Shown here piece by piece: positions 19,948 to 30,515 of a stretch of 64,000 nt of DNA. The notes under the pieces were generated by a model. The model was not told the DNA's origin and searched no databases. It saw only the letters and a program-made list of their open reading frames with translations. Made by a program: the position numbers and the translations under genes. The stretch comes from Candidatus Altimarinota bacterium (GTDB lineage Bacteria > Patescibacteriota > Gracilibacteria > UBA1369). The stretch covers positions 1,056,001 through 1,120,000 of the forward strand of contig OY782391.1 of the NCBI GenBank assembly GCA_963677745.1. The letters are read 5' to 3'. The number at the start of each line of letters is the position of its first letter. Position 1 is the first letter of the stretch.

Positions 19948-22521
19948 TCAGATATTTCCGTACTTTTTGATAAACCAGTTTTTAACCAGTTGTACCAGTG
20001 ACAGGTAGGAAACGAGCATTACTCCCAGTATCGCAAAGTATTGCCAGGGCAGTGCCACAAATCCTAAGACACCTCCCCAGGGGGAAAAGGTAAATAGAAA
20101 AGCAAAGGCCAGGACGGACAGCGTGGTGATCATGAGCGGTTTGCTGGGCCAGCTTTGCAGGAAGGGTATTTTATTGGTTCTGATTACGTAAATTACCAGG
20201 GTCTGGCTGGCCAGCGATTCCAGAAACCAGCCGGTGTTAAATACAGCCTGCTGTGCAACCGTGTCGGCCCGAAAGACAAACCACATCAGTGCAAAGGTCA
20301 GATAGTCGAACAGCGAACTGACCGGCCCGATAAAGACCATGAATTTTTTGATGGCGTCAATATTCCAGGGACGGGGCTTGCTCAAATATTCCTCGTCTAC
20401 TTTATCGGTGGGCAGGGAGATCTGGGAAATATCATAGAGAAAATTATTGAACAAAATCTGAATCGGACGCATCGGCAAAAAGGGCAACAACAAACTGGCT
20501 CCGGTCATGCTGAACATATTTCCGAAATTGGAGCTGGCACCCATCTTGATGTACTTGATGATATTGCCAAAGGTCTTGCGGCCTTCCGTGACGCAATCAG
20601 CCAGCACTTTGAGACTTTTTCTCAGTAGAATGATATCCGCGGTTTCTTTGGCAATACCGACGGCATTATTGACGGATATACCTACATCGGCCGCTTTGAG
20701 CGCCGGCGTGTCGTTTATTCCATCACCGAGGAATCCAACCGCATGTTTCTTGGCCTGCAGGGCGCGGATCACCCTTTGCTTTTGCAGCGGATGCAAACGG
20801 CAGAATACATTGACCCGGTCAATCACCCTTTCCAGTTGCTTGTCATTCATCTTATCCAGCTGTTCGCCGTTCAGAAGTCCGGTAATCACCAGATTCACGT
20901 CACCGCAAATTTTTCTGGTCACCAGTTCATTATCGCCGGAAAGGATCTTTAAAGTGATACCCAGATCTTCCAGTGCCCGGATGGTATTGGCCACGGTTGG
21001 CTTGGGAGGGTCCAGAAAAGCCACAAAGCCTTTGAAAATCAGCCCTTCCTCATCTTTTACCGAAAATGATTTTTTGTCGGGTGTGTAATTATTATAGGCT
21101 AGGGCCAAAACCCGGAATCCCTGAGAACTTAACAAATCATATTCCTTAGCCAGACGTGCAATCATGGTCTTGGTAAGCGGGCCGATCTTGCCATTCACTT
21201 CATAGCAGTCACAGCGTTTGAAGATTTCTTCGGGGGCCCCTTTGGTGACGATGCGCCTGGTATGATCCATGGCTACGATCACAGACATGACGCGCCGGAC
21301 AAAATCAAAAGGTATTTCGTCGATTTTCTTATAACGGGTCACCGCCAGATGCTTGAAATTCAAAACGGCCTTATCCAACATATTGCGGAGTCCCGTCTGA
21401 TAATAACTGTTCACATAGGCGAAACGCAGCACGTCTTCATCCTCGCGGGCCAGAGCGTTGAGGTGCTTGACCAGCACGATCTGATCCTGTGTCAGGGTGC
21501 CGGTTTTATCGGTGCACAGTACATCCATAGCTCCGAAATTCTGTATGGAATCCAGGCGTTTGACAATGACTTCCTTTTTGGACATTTCGATGGCTCCCTT
21601 GGACAGATTGATGGTCACTTCCATCGGGAGCATCTCGGGCGCCAACCCGACTGCCACGGCTAACGAAAAAAGGAAAGCCTCCACCAGGTTGCCTTTGGAT
21701 ACAGCGTTGATAATAAATACCACCAAAGCCAGAATTACCATGGTCTTGATCATCAGCATGGTGAAACCCAACACACCTTTGTCAAAAGCGGTCAAAGATT
21801 CACTTTTTTGCAACTCGGTGGACATTTTTCCCAACTCCGTGGAGCTGCCGGTGTAAAGAACCACAGCCTGACCGGTTCCACTGACTACGCTGGAGCCCAT
21901 CCAGGCAATGGTATCGGGGATGGAATCTTTGGGGATGGGGGAATCACTTAGCCTGGCATTGTGCGTGGCAAATTTTTCCTCCGGGAAAGCCTCACCGGTA
22001 AATGAAGCCTGATTGACGAACAGATCTTTGGAGGAAATAATGCGCAGATCGGCCGGGATCATATCTCCGGCGGACAAGTCGACTATATCACCGGGAACCA
22101 GATCGCTGGTACTGATGGTGATAATCTTTTTTTCTCGCAGCACATCCACTGTTGACCGTACCATATCAATCAATTTTTCCGCGTCCCGGTTGGCCCGGTA
22201 TTCCTGAATAAAGGAAATAATGACACTGGCAAAGGCCATTACCGCCACCAAAACGGCGCTGATTTTTTCTCCGAAAAAGTAGGAGAAAACGGCAATGCCG
22301 AGCAGGGCAATTACCAGCGGTTCTTTGAACTTGGCCAAAACCTGCAGCAGCAGATGTTTTTCTTTCCTCTTGGTCGGTTCATTTTTTCCGTATATCTTCA
22401 GTCTGCGTTTGGCCTCCAGATGAGAAAGTCCCCCTGTCGTAGTTTTCAGTGATTTCAATATCTCCTTAACGCTTCCGTCAATCAGTTTTACCTGCCGGAT
22501 TTGGGAGAGCGGAATATTCAT
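19948..22521 (-). CDS. mgtA: Magnesium-translocating P-type ATPase
   Basis: DKTGTLT, TGE, AVGLAPEMLP, FDFVRR, GDGINDTPAL, ASSNFGNMFS and GWFLES. Likely start is ATG 22521. Confidence 0.93.
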   Translation of the reverse strand: MNIPLSQIRQVKLIDGSVKEILKSLKTTTGGLSHLEAKRRLKIYGKNEPTKRKEKHLLLQVLAKFKEPLVIALLGIAVFSYFFGEKISAVLVAVMAFASVIISFIQEYRANRDAEKLIDMVRSTVDVLREKKIITISTSDLVPGDIVDLSAGDMIPADLRIISSKDLFVNQASFTGEAFPEEKFATHNARLSDSPIPKDSIPDTIAWMGSSVVSGTGQAVVLYTGSSTELGKMSTELQKSESLTAFDKGVLGFTMLMIKTMVILALVVFIINAVSKGNLVEAFLFSLAVAVGLAPEMLPMEVTINLSKGAIEMSKKEVIVKRLDSIQNFGAMDVLCTDKTGTLTQDQIVLVKHLNALAREDEDVLRFAYVNSYYQTGLRNMLDKAVLNFKHLAVTRYKKIDEIPFDFVRRVMSVIVAMDHTRRIVTKGAPEEIFKRCDCYEVNGKIGPLTKTMIARLAKEYDLLSSQGFRVLALAYNNYTPDKKSFSVKDEEGLIFKGFVAFLDPPKPTVANTIRALEDLGITLKILSGDNELVTRKICGDVNLVITGLLNGEQLDKMNDKQLERVIDRVNVFCRLHPLQKQRVIRALQAKKHAVGFLGDGINDTPALKAADVGISVNNAVGIAKETADIILLRKSLKVLADCVTEGRKTFGNIIKYIKMGASSNFGNMFSMTGASLLLPFLPMRPIQILFNNFLYDISQISLPTDKVDEEYLSKPRPWNIDAIKKFMVFIGPVSSLFDYLTFALMWFVFRADTVAQQAVFNTGWFLESLASQTLVIYVIRTNKIPFLQSWPSKPLMITTLSVLAFAFLFTFSPWGGVLGFVALPWQYFAILGVMLVSYLSLVQLVKNWFIKKYGNI

Positions 22522-22660
22522 CGAAAACACCGTTATAGTAATCTCAATATTATAATGCATTAGCCCTAAAAAGGCCAATAATCGGTATTTAAATTACAGC
22601 CGGTTTTGGAAAAACCGCCGGTCATGCTTTAATACTTTCAGAATCACTAAGAAATTCCTT

Positions 22661-23065
22661 ATGATTAAAGACATAGTTCCTTTCATTCTAGTGGCAGTCG
22701 GGGCCGTGGTTTTACAAATTCTTCTGACCATCGCCAGCGGCATTTTTTCCAGATCCCAAACAATTCCCAACCGGAAATTAATGGGAAAATTAAGCTTTTA
22801 CTCGCTGGTTTTTTCTTTTGTGGTATTTCTGGTTATTGGTTTTTCCATTGTGCCGATCTTTGTTAAGTTGTTTACCGATGCGCTTCCCAGTGTAATAACC
22901 GAGTCCGATTTTCCTAAAACGATCCGGGAACATGCCTGGACGATCGTTTATGTTTTTTGGGGCGGCTATGTGCTAGGTCTGATCATTGCGCTTCCCTCCA
23001 TTCGTAAAAGTGACTTTTTCCAGCCGGAAGTACCTCCTCCCACGGATAAACCCGGCCAGCAGTGA
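22661..23065 (+). CDS. Hypothetical membrane protein (3 TM)
   Basis: 134 aa with three hydrophobic helices. Confidence 0.7.
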   Translation: MIKDIVPFILVAVGAVVLQILLTIASGIFSRSQTIPNRKLMGKLSFYSLVFSFVVFLVIGFSIVPIFVKLFTDALPSVITESDFPKTIREHAWTIVYVFWGGYVLGLIIALPSIRKSDFFQPEVPPPTDKPGQQ

Positions 23066-23123
23066 TGGTTTGACACTTCAGCCGGTCAAAAGTAAATTGT
23101 CTGCGTCATAAATAAGCGACTAC

Positions 23124-24461
23124 ATGGAAAAAAATACGGCCCCATCTTCACCCTCGGAAAGAATTCTCAGCAGCGAAATTCCATCACATCTTGATCAGAC
23201 GGTCATGGTTGAAGGATGGCTGCATAATCTCAGACTTTTCAACGATTTCGCTTTTGTTGTTCTGCGCGACCGGCATGGCGTGTTGCAATGCGTGATCAGT
23301 TCACCCGACCAGCTGGAAATTGTCCGGCATCTGCAAATGGAGAGTGTACTGCGGGTCCGGGGCAAAGTGATCAAACAGCAGAACTCCGAAGACCGTTACG
23401 AATTGCAGGATGCCCGCGTGGAAGTGCTTAACGCAGTTGAGGAAGCCCTGCCGGTGATTATCAATAAAAAGGAAATGAATCTGCACCCGGATACGCTGAT
23501 TTCCAACCGCCCTCTGACCATCAGAAACCTGCATCAACGGGCAATTTTCAAACTGCACGGTCTGGCCCAGCAGGCCTACCGCGAATATATGGTCAGCCAG
23601 GACTGCACTGAATTTTTTCCTCCAACCATTTTGACCGGCAGTTCCGAAGGGGGTTCTGAACTTTTTTCGGTGGATTATTTTGGAAAAGAAGCCAAATTGA
23701 GCCAGAGTGCCCAGTTATATAAGCAAATTTGTATTGGTGCCTACGAGCGTGTTTTTGCCATTGCCAAATGTTTCCGTGCCGAGAAGTACGCCACTTCCCG
23801 CCACCTGACCGAGGCATCCCAATACGAATTTGAAATGGCTTTTGTCGAATCGATCGACCAGCCACTCCATTTCCTGCAGGAAACCATCCGCACAATGGTG
23901 GAAACCATCAAGGAGAAAGGAAAGGAGGAACTGGAACTTTTAGGTATCAAGCTGCTCGACGTCCCCCCAACCATCCCGCAGGTCACCATGCAGGAGGCTC
24001 AGGAAATTGTTTACAAAGAAAGTAATGGCAAACAGGATGACCGCCGGGAACCCGACATGTCACCGGAAGGGGAACGTCTGATCGGCGAATGGGCCAAACG
24101 CGAGTATCAGTCCAATTTTGTTTTTATCACGCATTATCCCCGCAAAAAAAGAGCCTTTTATACATTGCCCACACCTTCCAACCCGGAACTGACCGAGAGT
24201 TATGACTGTATTGGCGGCGGATTTGAAATTGCTTCCGGTTCGCTGCGCATTAATAAATATGAAGATCTCCGGCAGTCGGCGATTGACAAGGGCATTTTGC
24301 CGGAAACCATTGAAGACTATTTGAATATCTTCAAATTCGGCATGCCTCCCCACGGCGGTTTTGGCATGGGAGTGGAACGCTTCACGCAAGCAATCCTGGG
24401 CTATCACAATGTCCGCGAGGTGACAATGTTCCCGCGTGATGTGAACAGGCTGAAGCCCTGA
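23124..24461 (+). CDS. aspS: Aspartate--tRNA ligase, archaeal/eukaryal (likely non-discriminating) type
   Basis: OB-fold N-terminus, SEGGSELF, LSQSAQLYKQ, FRAE..RHLTE, GMPPHGGFGMGVER, FPRD; 445 aa with no GAD insert. Confidence 0.9.
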   Translation: MEKNTAPSSPSERILSSEIPSHLDQTVMVEGWLHNLRLFNDFAFVVLRDRHGVLQCVISSPDQLEIVRHLQMESVLRVRGKVIKQQNSEDRYELQDARVEVLNAVEEALPVIINKKEMNLHPDTLISNRPLTIRNLHQRAIFKLHGLAQQAYREYMVSQDCTEFFPPTILTGSSEGGSELFSVDYFGKEAKLSQSAQLYKQICIGAYERVFAIAKCFRAEKYATSRHLTEASQYEFEMAFVESIDQPLHFLQETIRTMVETIKEKGKEELELLGIKLLDVPPTIPQVTMQEAQEIVYKESNGKQDDRREPDMSPEGERLIGEWAKREYQSNFVFITHYPRKKRAFYTLPTPSNPELTESYDCIGGGFEIASGSLRINKYEDLRQSAIDKGILPETIEDYLNIFKFGMPPHGGFGMGVERFTQAILGYHNVREVTMFPRDVNRLKP

Positions 24462-24499
24462 CCGGTCTTGATTCGGCTGAGGGCCCTGTGTGATCCGTT

Positions 24500-24847
24500 T
24501 TATAAATTCATGGTCTCGTCGAAAGTGCCCCCGGCTTCTACGCTTTCATATTGAACAAAGGGCTGTGTCTCTTCATCTTTATAAATTTCCAGGGATAATT
24601 TATCAGTTGGCACGCCGGTCTTGGTAAATTCCATATGAAAAGTGTTTGCCCCGGGATTCAGTATGAAATACTTGGCGGCCATTTCCGGAGAGGCTTCTTT
24701 GCGCATCGGATGGTCCGTCCCCATGAATCTTTTGCTTTCCGATTGTCCGCCTTTCATTCCTATATCCATGCCGTTAATCGAAGCCTTGACCTGGTAACCA
24801 TATCCCATGCAGTTGAGCGAGATGGTGATTTCTTCGGGAGTTGCCAT
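24500..24847 (-). CDS. Hypothetical protein
   Basis: 115 aa beta-rich ORF downstream of gdhA. Confidence 0.65.
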   Translation of the reverse strand: MATPEEITISLNCMGYGYQVKASINGMDIGMKGGQSESKRFMGTDHPMRKEASPEMAAKYFILNPGANTFHMEFTKTGVPTDKLSLEIYKDEETQPFVQYESVEAGGTFDETMNL

Positions 24848-24884
24848 GTTTTTTTAGTATTAAAAAATTATTATCATTATAATA

Positions 24885-26228
24885 CTAAACCAGGCCCTGA
24901 GCCAGCATGGCATCGGCCACCCGTATAAATCCACCGATATTGGCGCCCTTAACGTAATTGACATAATCGCCTTCCTGTCCGTGTTTAACGCAGGTGGAGT
25001 GGATGTTTTTCATGATCTTTTTGAGCTGCTGGTCGACTTCCTCGGCAGTCCAGTAGCCGCGAATGGAATTCTGGGTCATTTCCAGGCCGGATGTGGCTAC
25101 TCCTCCGGCATTGGAGGCTTTGCCTGGCGAAAAGAGTATTTTATTCTGATGAAAATATTCCATGGCATCCGCCGTTGTGGGCATATTGGCTCCTTCCACC
25201 AGAATTTTGCAGCCGTTTTGCACCAGCTTTTTAGCATCTTCCAGATCCAGTTCGTTCTGGGTGGCACAGGGGAAAGCAATATCGCATTTCACTCCCCAGG
25301 GTCTTTCACCGGCATGATATTCTGCGCCAAATTTCTGGGCATATTCACTGATTCTGCCCCGAGCCACATTCTTGAGTTGTTTGATAAATTCCAGCTTTTC
25401 CTGTGTTATGCCGTCTTTGTCATACACATAACCATCCGAATCGGAAACCGTCACTACCTTTGCTCCCAACTGCAGCAGTTTTTCCACGGTGAATTGTGCC
25501 ACATTACCGGATCCGCTGACCGCAGCCACTTTTCCTTGCAGCGTATCACCTTTTACCGCCAGCATTTCCTGGGCAAAATAAACGATCCCGTAACCGGTGG
25601 CCTCGTTGCGCAGCAGGCTGCCGCCAAAAGTCAGCCCCTTGCCGGTCAGTACTCCTGTGAATTCATTGGCCAGACGTTTGTATTGTCCAAACAGAAATCC
25701 CACCTCCCGGCCTCCCACACCGATGTCTCCGGCTGGCACATCCGTATCGGCGCCCACATGGCGAAACAATTCCGTCATGAAACTCTGACAGAATCTCATC
25801 ACCTCATTGTCCGATTTTCCTTTGGGTTCAAAATCCGAACCGCCTTTCCCGCCGCCCAGCGGCAGAGAGGTCAGGCTGTTTTTGAAAATCTGTTCGAAAC
25901 CCAGAAATTTTAGAATGCTCAGGTTGACGCTGGGATGGAAACGCAGCCCGCCTTTGTATGGTCCGATGGCACTGTTGAACTGGACTCTGAAGCCGCGGTT
26001 AATCTGGAATTCGCTCTTATCATCTATCCAGGGGACGCGGAACATCACGGTTCTTTCAGGCTCCACCATCCTTTCCAGGATTTTGGCCTGTTCGTATTTG
26101 GGATTTTCAGAGATAAAAGGCATTACCGTCACTGCCACTTCCTTGACTGCCAGGGTGAATTCCGGCTGGTGGGGGTTTTTAGCCTGTACATCTGCCATAA
26201 ACCGTTCCAATTTTTCTGAAACTTCCAT
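24885..26228 (-). CDS. gdhA: NADP-specific glutamate dehydrogenase
   Basis: GPYKGGLRFHP, GGGKGGSDF, DVPAGDIGVG, SGSGNVA, PCATQNE, EGANMP. Confidence 0.97.
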   Translation of the reverse strand: MEVSEKLERFMADVQAKNPHQPEFTLAVKEVAVTVMPFISENPKYEQAKILERMVEPERTVMFRVPWIDDKSEFQINRGFRVQFNSAIGPYKGGLRFHPSVNLSILKFLGFEQIFKNSLTSLPLGGGKGGSDFEPKGKSDNEVMRFCQSFMTELFRHVGADTDVPAGDIGVGGREVGFLFGQYKRLANEFTGVLTGKGLTFGGSLLRNEATGYGIVYFAQEMLAVKGDTLQGKVAAVSGSGNVAQFTVEKLLQLGAKVVTVSDSDGYVYDKDGITQEKLEFIKQLKNVARGRISEYAQKFGAEYHAGERPWGVKCDIAFPCATQNELDLEDAKKLVQNGCKILVEGANMPTTADAMEYFHQNKILFSPGKASNAGGVATSGLEMTQNSIRGYWTAEEVDQQLKKIMKNIHSTCVKHGQEGDYVNYVKGANIGGFIRVADAMLAQGLV

Positions 26229-26326
26229 GATTTATAAATTTAAAAATATGCCCCCAAGGTATAGCAGGGGAGAAGGTCACTGTAAATAATTCACCGTTGA
26301 AGAATTTTCAGCTGATGTCGTTCCGC

Positions 26327-26788
26327 CTATTGGTAGGAATCTGAATTGAGTATTGGAGCGAGTCCCAGCTTTTTCATCAAACTTCTGTTTTGATAAAGAA
26401 TGCCGGCCGTCTGGTCAATTGAACATCGCAAATCGGCAGTATTCAGACCGTATCGTGCGGCATCGAGACCCTTGTCTTCCAGCAGACATTTTTCCAGCAG
26501 ATATAACAAATCAACAGCTCTGGTACCGGGGTTGGCCTGCTCATCGGCAGCATATTTCCCTATCAATACATCCAGATGTGTCTGTTCAAGCTGTTTGAAG
26601 AGGTCTTCAATTCCCAGATCCCGCAATGTCAGATCTCTTGCTTCCAGCCACTTTCTATATGCCTGGAAACTCAAATAACTCTCGCTGGCCCGGACGCGTT
26701 CCCACATCCGCATAGCGTCAGTCAATTGCTCCTCACCACAATTTTCAGTTGATAATTTCCCTGATCCGGCTTCTGTTGATTGGTCCAT
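26327..26788 (-). CDS. Hypothetical protein
   Basis: 153 aa ORF with upstream TTGACT-16-TACCGT promoter. Confidence 0.6.
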   Translation of the reverse strand: MDQSTEAGSGKLSTENCGEEQLTDAMRMWERVRASESYLSFQAYRKWLEARDLTLRDLGIEDLFKQLEQTHLDVLIGKYAADEQANPGTRAVDLLYLLEKCLLEDKGLDAARYGLNTADLRCSIDQTAGILYQNRSLMKKLGLAPILNSDSYQ

Positions 26789-26890
26789 GATTGGTTGAAA
26801 ATCAAAAAATAATCAACCGGAACGGTAACACAACCTTGTGGTAAGTCAAGGGTAGGCGTTTTACAATAAACGTATCGAAGCGTCCGGATA

Positions 26891-27250
26891 TTATCTGCGA
26901 ATGCCGGCCGATCTTTCGTAGGGTTTACTTCCCTGATGTACTTTCGGCATTTTAGTAAAGGCTTCAGTCGCAACCACATCCCTCAGTAAATCCAAATTCT
27001 GTACAATTACGGATAAATCGGCAAAGTCTGTGAAGTCAAAGTCAGCTTTGGTATCCCTCAATTTTCTCAAAAGCGCCGAAGTTGTTTTGGCATTATCCGT
27101 TTCCCCCTTCTTAAGCAGACTTTTCAGCAGCTTGGAAAGGATTGTTACCTTAACGGGTTTTTCAAAATTCCCGAAAATATCAACAAAGTCTATCTGTTCC
27201 GGGGTCAATTTACTAAAATATTCATTAGTTTCTGCTTCTGAAATTGACAT
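26891..27250 (-). CDS. Hypothetical protein
   Basis: 119 aa ORF transcribed from the divergent promoter region. Confidence 0.6.
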   Translation of the reverse strand: MSISEAETNEYFSKLTPEQIDFVDIFGNFEKPVKVTILSKLLKSLLKKGETDNAKTTSALLRKLRDTKADFDFTDFADLSVIVQNLDLLRDVVATEAFTKMPKVHQGSKPYERSAGIRR

Positions 27251-27278
27251 AAATTAAAAGTTATTGATAAATCAGAAG

Positions 27279-27322
27279 ATAATAACACAAAACATTGACA
27301 ATGTCAAAGACCGGTGTAGTAT
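27279..27322. promoter_or_regulatory. Overlapping divergent sigma70 promoters
   Basis: Palindrome TTGACA-A-TGTCAA supplies both -35 boxes; -10 boxes are TAGTAT (+) and TATTAT (-). Confidence 0.65.
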
Positions 27323-27343
27323 GTTAGGCCTTAATTAACCTTT

Positions 27344-27763
27344 ATGTCTGAAGGCAAAAAGTGGGGACAGGTAGTGATGGATTTGGATCTGGAAAACTGC
27401 AGTTTTAAGCAGGGAAAATATATTGTGACCAAGGGAAAGACCAACCAGGACAGCCGCTGGACTCTTCGTTGTCAGAAATCACCTTGTCCCGGAAAGGCCA
27501 TCATCTTACAGGCGAAGCTGGAAGCTGTTATAGATCAGACCGGAAAGGAGATTCCTTTGGATGAATTTGATCAAGAAACCAGAGATCTTCTGGAAACAAC
27601 CAACAAACAGGTAATTAGCTGTTTGAGGCATCTTTTATTAAAAGTAGCCGGATCAGCCGATATAGATTACAGCCGGCCAAAATCCGAAAATTGTTACCGT
27701 GATGACGATTATGACGAAAAAGGACTTGCTCCCGTCATTCCTATAAACAGATCCCGCCAATAG
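27344..27763 (+). CDS. Hypothetical protein
   Basis: 139 aa ORF with several Cys and an upstream promoter. Confidence 0.6.
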   Translation: MSEGKKWGQVVMDLDLENCSFKQGKYIVTKGKTNQDSRWTLRCQKSPCPGKAIILQAKLEAVIDQTGKEIPLDEFDQETRDLLETTNKQVISCLRHLLLKVAGSADIDYSRPKSENCYRDDDYDEKGLAPVIPINRSRQ

Positions 27764-27767
27764 GGAT

Positions 27768-27926
27768 TTATTTTTTTGACTTCTTCTGCTTTTTTACCGG
27801 CAATATTTTTCGGCCGGTATTGGATGCATCTTCACCTTCCGGATAGACATGTTCTTCAGTCAGTAATTTCCCCGTTTCTTTCTTGTCTGCCGGTTGGACT
27901 TCATGTTTTCGATGATACATTCCCAT
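27768..27926 (-). CDS. Small hydrophilic protein (52 aa)
   Basis: Manual translation: MGMYHRKHEVQPADKKETGKLLTEEHVYPEGEDASNTGRKILPVKKQKKSKK. Fills the intergenic gap; below the ORF-track cutoff. Confidence 0.45.
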   Translation of the reverse strand: MGMYHRKHEVQPADKKETGKLLTEEHVYPEGEDASNTGRKILPVKKQKKSKK

Positions 27927-28077
27927 GGATTTTTGATTATTGTTTCAACCCATACTAATCACTTGGCTGCTTTTCAGGCAACTGAAAATATCAATCTGTC
28001 AAAAGCCGTCGGAATTGCTGAAATAGTATCGATTTTGGTGATATAATGAAAAGATATGTTTATTAACACCGCTTCTG

Positions 28078-28923
28078 ATGGAATTTCTGGACAGAATGAA
28101 AGAAAAAATCAAAAGACGTCGCGGCCCGGCGGAAACCGGCCGTACTCCGGAAATCGATGATCTTCAGCGGTCCACATGGGAAAGTGTTTACCGTACGCCG
28201 GGCCGCACGGAGCCGGAATATAATTTATCTGCGGAACAAAAGGAGTCTCTGCTTAACGATCTGAAGTATCAGTACCATCTGTCTTTGAAAGTATTTAGAA
28301 AAAACAGCCCTCCGTTTGAGGATCGGCCGGCAGGACAGGCACCTTCATGGGAACAAATCAAACCCGGACTGACACCGGAAATTCTGGATAAAATTGCCAA
28401 AATGCGTGAACCCATGTTGCTGTTAATCCCGCCTACCTCTGCACCAAGTAAAATCAGGGCAATTGAACTGAATTCCAAGTCTTCGTCCTATCCATCCCGA
28501 ATTACTGTACCCGATTTGGGAAATGCCGATCTCTGGAACGGGGGACAGTCTGAATTTTCCAAAGAATGGCGGGTTGGAATTGCGGAAGGTTTTCCGGACG
28601 AAGCGGCAGACCCAAACATTACCGGAGACAATCTGAAAATGGCCGAAGGATGGCTTTTTAAATATTTAGCAGAAGGCTTTGATGTTATTAATGATCTGGA
28701 CACCTATCTGACGCTGGTTATGCATGCCCTGGCCTGTAAAAAACCGCTCGACACCAAAACTCTGACAGTTTTAAACTCCAAAAATCTCCAGGCGGGAAAA
28801 TGGCTTGCCTACGGGAATATGGATCAAGATCAGGTTTATGTGGGAACAGCTCATTCCAATATCTTTTTCCAGAATATTCGTCTGCGCCCTATAGTCTGGG
28901 TAAGGACGCTAAAAGACGGTTGA
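28078..28923 (+). CDS. Hypothetical protein, possible C-type-lectin-fold C-terminus
   Basis: 281 aa; ends LAYG...VYV...NIRLRPIVWV, resembling the terminal strand of CLec folds. Confidence 0.6.
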   Translation: MEFLDRMKEKIKRRRGPAETGRTPEIDDLQRSTWESVYRTPGRTEPEYNLSAEQKESLLNDLKYQYHLSLKVFRKNSPPFEDRPAGQAPSWEQIKPGLTPEILDKIAKMREPMLLLIPPTSAPSKIRAIELNSKSSSYPSRITVPDLGNADLWNGGQSEFSKEWRVGIAEGFPDEAADPNITGDNLKMAEGWLFKYLAEGFDVINDLDTYLTLVMHALACKKPLDTKTLTVLNSKNLQAGKWLAYGNMDQDQVYVGTAHSNIFFQNIRLRPIVWVRTLKDG

Positions 28924-29168
28924 GATCTTGGGAAGCTGGACAGTTTTATGTTATAAATCCTATGGGAATAGTCAGAAAAATTTGAAAAATTATTATGCCG
29001 GAAAATCAAAAACAGACAGGCCGTCCCGATAATGCTTCCCTGCTGGAAATCTGCGGAAAAGAGATTTTTACAACCATCGAAAAAAAGAAAATGCGTGGTG
29101 ATGTCGGAAAATCCACTCATCAGGAACCAAATATTTCTATCCCGGGAAATAATCAATAATCTCTTATA

Positions 29169-30431
29169 ATGTCTCCATTCGAAATTCCAGACACCAGACC
29201 GAAACCCTGGGAACAGCCGGCCCCGGCCAAACAGGAAGACCTGAAACTCCAGTTGAATCAGGCAGTGGAGAAAAAGGAAAGTCGGGAATCCCTGAACCGG
29301 CTTGGTAATCTGCTTTACCGGAATTTCCAGTCCAGGGAATATTCTCCGGCCATGGTTTTGTCTGCGATCAGGGAAGTTTATGACAAACATCAGAATGGGT
29401 TCAATCCGAAGTTGGGTTTCAATGATTTCATCAAATCTTTCGGGCCGGGGATGGTAAAACTCTGCCAACTCAAACTGGTGGCGGCCGGCGGCTTTGATCT
29501 GGGCAGATTCGGTGAAAGAAAAACCGGTATAGACGGGAAATTGGGAAAAATGACAGCCAAAGCACTTGCCCGTTATTATGGAAAAGAAATGGGGCGCGCT
29601 TCCCAGACTCCTAGTCGATTCGTATCCCGTCGTAAACCCGGCGCCTCGGCACCAACACGAACAACCTCTGTTTCCACTCCGGCTCCGGAACCCGCACCTA
29701 TGCCAACAGACGATGTCCGCGGACGGTTTGACCAACCCTCGGTCGCACCGGAAAAAGCCAGAGTCAGTCCCAAATCAGCGCTCGAGCCAAGAATGCTTGA
29801 TATCTATAATCGCACTCCCAACACTTTTCGCACGGACGATCTGCCTGAATATTTCGGCAACACCCGCGAAGCTATTGAACCGTATATCGTCAACGAAGAT
29901 CCGGTGGCTCTGACTGCACATCCTCCCCGTCATCAGCCACTGACATTCCTGGACCGAACCATTGCTGATCCTCACGCCAAGGGCAAGAAGGGAGTAAATA
30001 TGATGATTATTCCTTTTCTGAAAATCGTCGAAGAAAAAATGGATCAGCTGAAGATCAAATACCGGCCGGCCGCTTCTCAAATTCTGGGATTTGAATTCCG
30101 CGGTATGAAAGTTGGCGGAAAAGAAACCAAAACCCTCAGCTCCCACGCTTTCGGTCTGGCCATCGATATCGATCCCAACCAGAACGGCCCCAAGGACGGC
30201 CGGGGAAACATTCCCGACCAGCTGGCTATGGCCATGGTGGAATCGGGTTTTGCCTGGGGACTGATCGGCAGCCAGGACTACCGCATGCTTGGAGCAGATC
30301 CCATGCATTTTCAATTGCGTTTTCCTCCCGACAGCGCGGAGGGACAGGCCATTATCAATTCCAGCCCAGCCGGCAGAAAATACTGGGCGGCCATTGCGCC
30401 GATGCTGGCTGAAATCAAAAATCACGCCTGA
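29169..30431 (+). CDS. M15-family Zn peptidase with peptidoglycan-binding-like motif
   Basis: SSHAFGLAIDI (SxHxxGxAxD), DPMHFQ and GIDGKLGKMTAKAL. Confidence 0.82.
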   Translation: MSPFEIPDTRPKPWEQPAPAKQEDLKLQLNQAVEKKESRESLNRLGNLLYRNFQSREYSPAMVLSAIREVYDKHQNGFNPKLGFNDFIKSFGPGMVKLCQLKLVAAGGFDLGRFGERKTGIDGKLGKMTAKALARYYGKEMGRASQTPSRFVSRRKPGASAPTRTTSVSTPAPEPAPMPTDDVRGRFDQPSVAPEKARVSPKSALEPRMLDIYNRTPNTFRTDDLPEYFGNTREAIEPYIVNEDPVALTAHPPRHQPLTFLDRTIADPHAKGKKGVNMMIIPFLKIVEEKMDQLKIKYRPAASQILGFEFRGMKVGGKETKTLSSHAFGLAIDIDPNQNGPKDGRGNIPDQLAMAMVESGFAWGLIGSQDYRMLGADPMHFQLRFPPDSAEGQAIINSSPAGRKYWAAIAPMLAEIKNHA

Positions 30432-30515
30432 AGCACGCGCACCCAGTTAGACTGTTTACATATTGACAGAGCGTTTTATAATCATATACACTTGCTCTCC
30501 AATAATGTTTTATTA

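Noticed and set aside
24981-25913. 310-aa + strand ORF
   Set aside because: Antisense shadow of gdhA; a codon-bias artefact.
28851-29735. 294-aa minus-strand ORF
   Set aside because: Largely antisense to the M15 peptidase, with no recognisable motifs.
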